64,000 bases of DNA from Gammaproteobacteria bacterium (lineage in GTDB: Bacteria; Pseudomonadota; Gammaproteobacteria; Ga0077536), in NCBI GenBank assembly GCA_021773835.1, contig JAJFJQ010000062.1:314599-378598 (forward strand). The letters run 5' to 3'. The position numbers and the translations under genes are program-made. Below are positions 58,033 through 64,000 of the stretch, piece after piece. Positions within the stretch are counted from its first letter, which is position 1. Each line of letters begins with the position of its first letter. Below the pieces are notes generated by a model. The model ran no database searches and was not told where the DNA came from. It worked only from the letters and a program-made list of their open reading frames with translations.

Positions 58033-59319
58033 CTAGTCGCGCTGTCCGAATATCCAGCGCAGCGCCCGGTACAGTGAGTAGGCGTCTTCGCTGCCGGCCA
58101 GCTCACGGATCGAATGCATCGCAAAAGTCGGCACCCCGACATCAACCGTCCTTACACCCAGAGTGGTCGCGGTTAGGGGGCCAATGGTGCTGCCACAGGC
58201 CATGTCCGCACGCGAGACGAAACTTTGCACTGGGATCCCAGCCGCACTACAGGCTTGCTTGAAGATCGCCGACGTTTCACTGGTAGAGGCATAGGCTTGA
58301 TTGCTGTTGATCTTGATCACTGGACCACCGTTGAGCAATGGTCCATGTTGCTTGTCGTGGCTATCGGCGAAGTTCGGGTGCACGCCATGGGCATTGTCCG
58401 TGGAGATCAAGATCGATTTTGCTATCGTGCGTGCGAAATCCTCACTTGATTTGGTGAGGCGTTCGATGATGCTCCGCAAAAACGTTCCGCGTGCGCCGAC
58501 GGCCGAACCACTGCCGACTTCCTCATGGTCGTTGCACACGATGAGGCAATTGCTTGTACTCGATGCTTCCAGCAACGCGTGCAAACTGACGTAACAGCTC
58601 AGCAAGTTATCAAGTCGGGCGCTCGCAATAAATTGGTCGCGAATTCCGATCACCGCTGCCGGTTCTGTTGGATACAGCGACAATTCAAAGGCCGCCACGT
58701 TTGCTTCGCTGAGTTCAGGATCCGATTTCTGTAGTCGATCCGTGATCATTTGTTCAAGATTAAATTCTGTATCCGCAAGACACGCGATCGGTGGTAGGTA
58801 GGTTTGGTTGTTGATCTCGCGTTTTTTATTCGCCTCGCGGTCAAGGTGAATAGCTAAACTCGGAATGACTGCAACGGCTTGCTCAAAATCGATGAGACGG
58901 TTGATCGATTCGCCAGAGCTTGTCCTAAGGGTCACCCGCCCAGCGATGGAGAGGTCGCGGTCGAACCACGGATTGAGTAGTACACCGCCATATACCTCGA
59001 CCCCAAGTTGCCAGTACCCGTTGGCCTTGAATGCCGCATTCGGCTTGAGTTTGAGGCACGGGCTATCTGTGTGGCTGCCAACCATCTGTAGTCCGGCCTC
59101 GGCCACAGGCTCTGATCCGAGCGAGAAGGCGATGATCGAAGAATCACCCCGGGTTACGAAATATTTTCCTGGGGTCGCTATCGACCATGCGGCACCCTCA
59201 TCGAGTTCGACGAATTTTGCTTCGCGAAGTGCCTTCGCGATATTCGCGGTAGCGTGAAATGCGGTCGGCGAATCGTTTAGGAATTGTAGTAAATCAGGAT
59301 TGAAGGTCTTGTCTGTCAT
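58033..59319 (-). CDS. apeB: M18 aspartyl aminopeptidase (ApeB-like)
   Basis: SPTAFHA, HTDSP, RLDNL.S, DHEEVGS, DNAH.VHPN, CGSTIGP, MHSIRE. Confidence 0.9.
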   Translation of the reverse strand: MTDKTFNPDLLQFLNDSPTAFHATANIAKALREAKFVELDEGAAWSIATPGKYFVTRGDSSIIAFSLGSEPVAEAGLQMVGSHTDSPCLKLKPNAAFKANGYWQLGVEVYGGVLLNPWFDRDLSIAGRVTLRTSSGESINRLIDFEQAVAVIPSLAIHLDREANKKREINNQTYLPPIACLADTEFNLEQMITDRLQKSDPELSEANVAAFELSLYPTEPAAVIGIRDQFIASARLDNLLSCYVSLHALLEASSTSNCLIVCNDHEEVGSGSAVGARGTFLRSIIERLTKSSEDFARTIAKSILISTDNAHGVHPNFADSHDKQHGPLLNGGPVIKINSNQAYASTSETSAIFKQACSAAGIPVQSFVSRADMACGSTIGPLTATTLGVRTVDVGVPTFAMHSIRELAGSEDAYSLYRALRWIFGQRD

Positions 59320-59479
59320 GGCGGATCAACGTCGTTTATTGTTCGTATAAATTATCACTAAAGCGCGCCCGATGGTGTAGTGCCCACCCCAGTTGGTCAA
59401 GCCGGCTGATTAAGTCCCCGAATTTACCGATGATATAGTGACGTTAATACTCATGATTACGACCCGCTGGAGGTTGAAT

Positions 59480-60229
59480 ATGTCTCAGGTGTCTCCGATA
59501 GCCAGGTCAAATCTCCCAGAGATGCGACTTTCAAGCGACGTTGTCACCACCGAGTGTGACGAGGCCGCTATCTACACCGATCGTCTACCGCTCACCGGTG
59601 CAAACATTTTGGAACTTGGTTGTGGCGCCGCCCAGCATACGATCGCGATTGCTGCGCTCGACGATTCAATTGAGTGTACCGCGCTGGAGGTCGACGAAAT
59701 CCAGCACGCGAAAAATCTACGCTCGATCAATAAATCGAACATTACCTTCAAACTCGCGGGTGCACAGTCGATCCCGGAGCCCGACGACAGCTTCGACATC
59801 GTGACGATGTTCAAATCACTGCATCATGTGCCGCTGGCGCTGCTCGGGTCGGCGTTGAGTGAAATTCATCGTGTACTGAAGCCGGGCGGCTTGGCGTATA
59901 TCTCGGAGCCGATTTTTGCCGGGGCCTTTAATGAAATTTTACGTCTGTTTCATGATGAGCAAGCGGTCCGGTTGGCGGCGTTCAAGGCCGTGTGTGATGC
60001 GATTGCTAATGGCCAATTCGACCTCGTGGAACAGATCTTCTTCCACACACCGACCCGCTTTATAGACTTTGAAGAATTTGAAACCAGAATCATCAACTCA
60101 AGCCACAGCGAACACCGACTCTCGCCGGAGGTGTTAACTGAGGTCAGGTCACGTATGGCTGAGCATCAGCGCGACGACGGGATCCGATTTAGCGTACCGA
60201 TGCGGATCGATTTACTACGTAAGAAATAA
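59480..60229 (+). CDS. Class I SAM-dependent methyltransferase
   Basis: ILELGCG, SFDIV.MFKSLHH, RVLKPGG..YISEP; start uncertain (59438/59480/59522). Confidence 0.9.
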   Translation: MSQVSPIARSNLPEMRLSSDVVTTECDEAAIYTDRLPLTGANILELGCGAAQHTIAIAALDDSIECTALEVDEIQHAKNLRSINKSNITFKLAGAQSIPEPDDSFDIVTMFKSLHHVPLALLGSALSEIHRVLKPGGLAYISEPIFAGAFNEILRLFHDEQAVRLAAFKAVCDAIANGQFDLVEQIFFHTPTRFIDFEEFETRIINSSHSEHRLSPEVLTEVRSRMAEHQRDDGIRFSVPMRIDLLRKK

Positions 60230-60267
60230 GCGGTCGCCCTGCGCGCAACACCACTTCCACGGGCTAT

Positions 60268-60897
60268 TCACTTGGTACCGTAAATGCGGTCTCCTGCGTC
60301 GCCGAGTCCGGGCACGATGTAGCCGTGGTCGTTTAGCTTTTCGTCAATCGATGCGGTCGTTATGGGTACGTCGGGATGAGCCGCTTGGAACGCCTCAATT
60401 CCTTCAGGTGCCGCTAATAAACAAACAAACTTAATATCTTTGGCACCCGCTTCTTTAACTCGTTGCACCGCGGCGATGGCGGAGTTGGCGGTCGCGAGCA
60501 TCGGATCGACGACGATGGTTTTGCGCTCTTCCAAGTCATGCGGCACCTTAAAGTAGTACTCAATCGCGACCAAGGTGTCCGGGTCACGGTAAATGCCGAC
60601 GTGACCTACCCTAGCCGACGGAACTAGATCCAACATGCCTTCGAGTAATCCATTGCCGGCACGCAAAACCGAAATCAGTACCAATTTTTTCCCTGTCAGT
60701 ACGGGCGCGTCCATTGCAGTGATCGGTGTTTCAATGCGCGCTGTGCCCATCTTGAGGTCGCGCGTGATCTCGTACCCTAACAGCATGCTGATCTCCCGGA
60801 TCAGTTGGCGAAACTTGGCGGTTGGGGTCTCTTTGCGACGCATTAGCGACAGCTTGTGTTGTACCAGCGGGTGATCGACGACTGTTACTTTATTCAT
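60268..60897 (-). CDS. upp: Uracil phosphoribosyltransferase
   Basis: [32 protein letters not shown]. Confidence 0.97.
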   Translation of the reverse strand: MNKVTVVDHPLVQHKLSLMRRKETPTAKFRQLIREISMLLGYEITRDLKMGTARIETPITAMDAPVLTGKKLVLISVLRAGNGLLEGMLDLVPSARVGHVGIYRDPDTLVAIEYYFKVPHDLEERKTIVVDPMLATANSAIAAVQRVKEAGAKDIKFVCLLAAPEGIEAFQAAHPDVPITTASIDEKLNDHGYIVPGLGDAGDRIYGTK

Positions 60898-60948
60898 AGC
60901 ATTTCTGCCTGCTTGGATGAGTTTGGTTGTTGCCCAGTCTAGCTACTT

Positions 60949-62187
60949 TCAGAATACAGTGCCGTCGCTGGAAACCACAATCGGAGGGCCGCCGCCGGCA
61001 CGAAGCTCAGCCGCCACTTTTCGACCGGCAGCCCAGGTACCACCTTCGAGGATCCGGATCAGCGGTAGACGTGCCGCATCGAGTTTGAGGCGGGATCGGA
61101 TCAAACCGGCCAATTCATCCAGCAAGGCGAGGGTCAACGCGCGCCACTCAACGACGAGCTCCGAACCGGGGTCGTGGACCTGATCCTCGAGTTCGGGTTG
61201 TCGTAAGGTGAGCACTCCAAGGTCCACGAACAAGCCCCCGTTGCGGTATTCGGGTAAGCCTGTCAAGGATTCGAGCTCGGTCACACGCAAACCAGCGTCT
61301 TCCAGCGGTTCTACCAACGAATAACATAGCCACTGCGATAATTTGTGAAAAGGCACGAGTCCATCGCTTAAGTCATCGCGCTTGATTGCGCTGTGGCGCC
61401 AAACATCACCTAGATTTTCACCGCCAAGTAGCAAGCGATTTGGCCAGATCGGGGCGAGGCCGCGCAGCACGGCGGCAAATATTTCAGTTGCCGGTAGTTG
61501 CTTATCGACCGACCTCTTGGCGAAATAATCATATAGGTGTCCCACTCTGGGACACTGGCGTCCAAACAGATCTGGCTGCAGCGACAAGGCCTTGCCAAGG
61601 GAGCGCAATAATGCGGCGCGTCCGGCGGCACCGGCCAAGGGATTATCGGTATCTATCTGAAATGCGCGGTTGAGATTTTGTGTTTGTAGTGATGTTAGAC
61701 CTAACGCGTCGGTCTGCAGTGGATTATCTGGCTCGGACGAGAAACCACCATTGCTGAACATCTCAAGGCTTGCCAATGCGAGCCCCTCGGATCTTGCATA
61801 GGTGGCGCCCGATCCAGCTTCGATATAGCGCCACTGATCCCCCGCACCCGCGTCGAGTAATACGCTGGTGACGACTAAGTCGATGCGTCTCCGCGCGATG
61901 CTTTCACGACTATCGCTGCGATACTTGGCTGACAATTCTCGCCATCGATCGACGCCGCCAGCCTGAAAGTGGCGCCAACGGCTGTGAAAAGGGATATCGA
62001 GATCCGGGTAGCGATCCTCAATCGTCGCAAGCACATAATCAGCAACCTTATCGAGGTGCTTGCGATGTATTTCGAAATGCGTAAGCCGACCGGCATCCGC
62101 TAGAGCAAGCAATTCTTGGCAACGCTCGCGAATAGTAAGGGGATTGCGCAGCAGTTCGACGGCGGTGGTCTCGGCGACCTGTGACAT
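60949..62187 (-). CDS. URC4/Urg3-family (DUF1688) protein
   Basis: IPFHSRWRHF, SVLLDAGAG..W, RSEGLA, FHKLSQWL.YSL, TGLPEYRNGGL, LEGGTW.AGR, SDGTVF. Confidence 0.9.
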   Translation of the reverse strand: MSQVAETTAVELLRNPLTIRERCQELLALADAGRLTHFEIHRKHLDKVADYVLATIEDRYPDLDIPFHSRWRHFQAGGVDRWRELSAKYRSDSRESIARRRIDLVVTSVLLDAGAGDQWRYIEAGSGATYARSEGLALASLEMFSNGGFSSEPDNPLQTDALGLTSLQTQNLNRAFQIDTDNPLAGAAGRAALLRSLGKALSLQPDLFGRQCPRVGHLYDYFAKRSVDKQLPATEIFAAVLRGLAPIWPNRLLLGGENLGDVWRHSAIKRDDLSDGLVPFHKLSQWLCYSLVEPLEDAGLRVTELESLTGLPEYRNGGLFVDLGVLTLRQPELEDQVHDPGSELVVEWRALTLALLDELAGLIRSRLKLDAARLPLIRILEGGTWAAGRKVAAELRAGGGPPIVVSSDGTVF

Positions 62188-62191
62188 CGAT

Positions 62192-63490
62192 TTAGTCGTG
62201 CAGGTCTCGACCTTTCGCGATTTTCAATTGTGTCGCGTCCGGTTGGGGTTCGTTGCTGAAATAGCCCGCCGCCTTTTTTGCGTCCATCTCCACGCTGGCA
62301 TCATCCGGGATCAGGCCATCGGGGATCGTGATGCGTTCGCCGATCTCGATCCCTTGGCCGGTGATTGCATCGTATTTCATATCACTCATCGAGACGAAAC
62401 GATCGATCCGTTCAATACCCAGCCAGGTCAATACGTCCGGCATTAATTCTTGGAAGCGCATGTCTTGTACACCGGCAACGCACTCGGTGCGTTCGAAATA
62501 GGTCTCGGCTCTATCGCCGCCTTGTTGACGTTTACGTGCGTTATAAACCAGAAACTTAGTTACTTCACCCAGGGCTCGGCCTTCTTTTCGATTGTAGACA
62601 ATGAAGCCTATGCCACCTCGTTGCGCGGTCTCGATACAGACTTCAATGCCGTGAGCAAGGTAGGGGCGACAGGTGCAGATGTCGGACCCAAACACATCGG
62701 AGCCATTACATTCGTCATGGACGCGGCAAGCTATCTCCTTACCCGGCTCCCGCACTGCAGACACATCACCGATGCAGTACACAGTGAGGCCGCCGATCGG
62801 AGGGAGAAAAACCTTTAGATCGTTGCGCGTAATAAGTTCGGTGTACATGCCACCGGAATGCTCAAACAAAGTTCGGCGCAGATCCGTTTCCGACACTGCG
62901 AATCGTTCGGCAATACCGGGCAAATACCATACCGGCTCGATCGCAGCCTTCGTCACCCGGACGTCGCCGGTTTCGCTCAGCAATTCGCCATCCGCCTTGA
63001 GTCGACCAGCGCGCATCGCGTCTTTGATTTCCGGCAGATTAATCCGTGCCTTCGTCACGGCAATCGTTGGTGTGATATTGAGGCCGGCTGCGAGTTGTTC
63101 GGCGAAGACTTCGCTCACCATATGTCCATAAGGGTCCAGGGATACGATCTTGCCGGGGTCACCCCAGCGCGGGTACGGCCCGATGCAGGCAGCAGGCGAG
63201 GTATCGGTCAGATCCGCAATGTGCACAGGGTCGAGCGTGCCGGCGGCAACGGCCAAGGCTCGATAAACAGAGTAAGCACCCGAGTGCGCGCCGATCACAT
63301 TGCGCGCCGCGCCATCATTAACCGAACCCACGATCGGGCCGCGTTCGTTTGCGGAGGCCGCACCCCAGCTAATTCTAGAAGCGGCGTCTCGCTGGCTCGG
63401 GTGTGTGGTGAGCTTGATGTGCCCCTTAGTCGGTTCCTTGCCGGAACCACTATTGGGCGATGAAGGTTGCTTGTTTTCGATCATGTGCAA
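62192..63490 (-). CDS. URC1-like GTP cyclohydrolase II family protein (N-terminal extension type)
   Basis: RNVIGAHSGAY..YRALA, RVHDECNGSDVFGSDICTCRPYL, RKEGRALGEVTK; clustered with URC4 and upp. Confidence 0.9.
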   Translation of the reverse strand: MHMIENKQPSSPNSGSGKEPTKGHIKLTTHPSQRDAASRISWGAASANERGPIVGSVNDGAARNVIGAHSGAYSVYRALAVAAGTLDPVHIADLTDTSPAACIGPYPRWGDPGKIVSLDPYGHMVSEVFAEQLAAGLNITPTIAVTKARINLPEIKDAMRAGRLKADGELLSETGDVRVTKAAIEPVWYLPGIAERFAVSETDLRRTLFEHSGGMYTELITRNDLKVFLPPIGGLTVYCIGDVSAVREPGKEIACRVHDECNGSDVFGSDICTCRPYLAHGIEVCIETAQRGGIGFIVYNRKEGRALGEVTKFLVYNARKRQQGGDRAETYFERTECVAGVQDMRFQELMPDVLTWLGIERIDRFVSMSDMKYDAITGQGIEIGERITIPDGLIPDDASVEMDAKKAAGYFSNEPQPDATQLKIAKGRDLHD

Positions 63491-63586
63491 GCCGCCTGTT
63501 CAAAGAAGCAGTCTACGTCAAATTGGACCTTTCACCTAGGGTGAGATTGGCACCGTCGGCCGGCGAATTTAGGCGGACACAGAAGC

Positions 63587-64000
63587 TTATTCGTTTTTCG
63601 GTCCGCCCACTCGGATAGCGGCCGCGCGTCGCTCTAGCTTTACCGCCTTGCCGTGTTGATCCATCGATCGATACAGTGCCGCCATCTGCTCAAGGTTCGT
63701 CGCCACATTTTGATCGTCTGCACCAAAGGTGTTTTCGAAGATAGTCAGCGTCCGCTGGTAGATGCTTTCCGCCTCGGTGTACCTACCCTGGGCTCGGTAG
63801 AGTTCTGCCAAGTTGTTGAGGCTGATCGCGACCTCGGCGTCATCTGGTCCCAAGGCTTTTTCTCTTAGGCTAATGGTGCGCTTATAGATCTGCTCTGCCT
63901 TGGCCGCTTGACCTTGCAGCTTGTACAGCGCGGCAAGGTTGTTCAGGCTTTTCGCGACCGCAGTATGGTTTGGTTCGGGTAGCTTTTCTCGTAGCCTCAG
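63587..64000 (-). CDS. TPR-repeat protein (kinesin-light-chain-like TPR), 5' end outside the window
   Basis: Frame is open to the window end: ...HTAVAKSLNNLAALYKLQG...ALGPDDAEVAISLNNLAELYRAQGRY.EAE..YQR. Confidence 0.88.
   Translation of the reverse strand: MRLREKLPEPNHTAVAKSLNNLAALYKLQGQAAKAEQIYKRTISLREKALGPDDAEVAISLNNLAELYRAQGRYTEAESIYQRTLTIFENTFGADDQNVATNLEQMAALYRSMDQHGKAVKLERRAAAIRVGGPKNE

Noticed and set aside
159-63868. Numerous short antisense or alternate-frame ORFs in the six-frame track
   Set aside because: They overlap well-supported genes, lack recognisable motifs, and are expected shadow ORFs in GC-rich DNA.

Overview
Gene-dense chromosomal window with moderately high GC, most likely from an uncultured Gammaproteobacterium (inferred from ettA, pepN, cnoX, the YncD-type TonB receptor and a PEP-CTERM gene). 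I saw no rRNA, tRNA, CRISPR array, IS or prophage. Most genes are housekeeping or catabolic: a coxMSL-like Mo-hydroxylase (cut at the left edge), an amidase, GST, pepN, PiT plus DUF47, ettA, CoA-transferases, MFS transporters, a MacAB-like ABC exporter, a MaoC pair, an LLM oxidoreductase, thioredoxins, MscS, pirin, an M18 peptidase and a URC-type uracil-catabolism trio. The best candidate for an undescribed system is a four-gene operon at about 6.6-13.9 kb: a QW-repeat alpha/alpha-barrel protein, a His-rich domain fused to a DUF2231-like membrane domain, an AAC(3)-fold acyltransferase, and a single-chain FAAL/acyl-CoA dehydrogenase/ACP. Its logic mirrors the mycobactin MbtM/N/L/K acylation module, but with a different transferase fold and no NRPS/PKS in view. 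The second highlight is a two-partner secretion pair whose ~2000-aa TpsA carries ~29 tandem ~37-aa YAQ(L/I)GHGG repeats, including a duplicated 8-repeat block. Three promoter architectures are readable: sigma54 + IHF + palindromes before the TonB receptor, sigma54 + two TGTCAA-N5-TTTACA boxes before the PEP-CTERM gene, and an ECF-type promoter between an ECF/anti-sigma pair and a YHS gene. All family assignments come from motif recognition by eye; no database searches were run.
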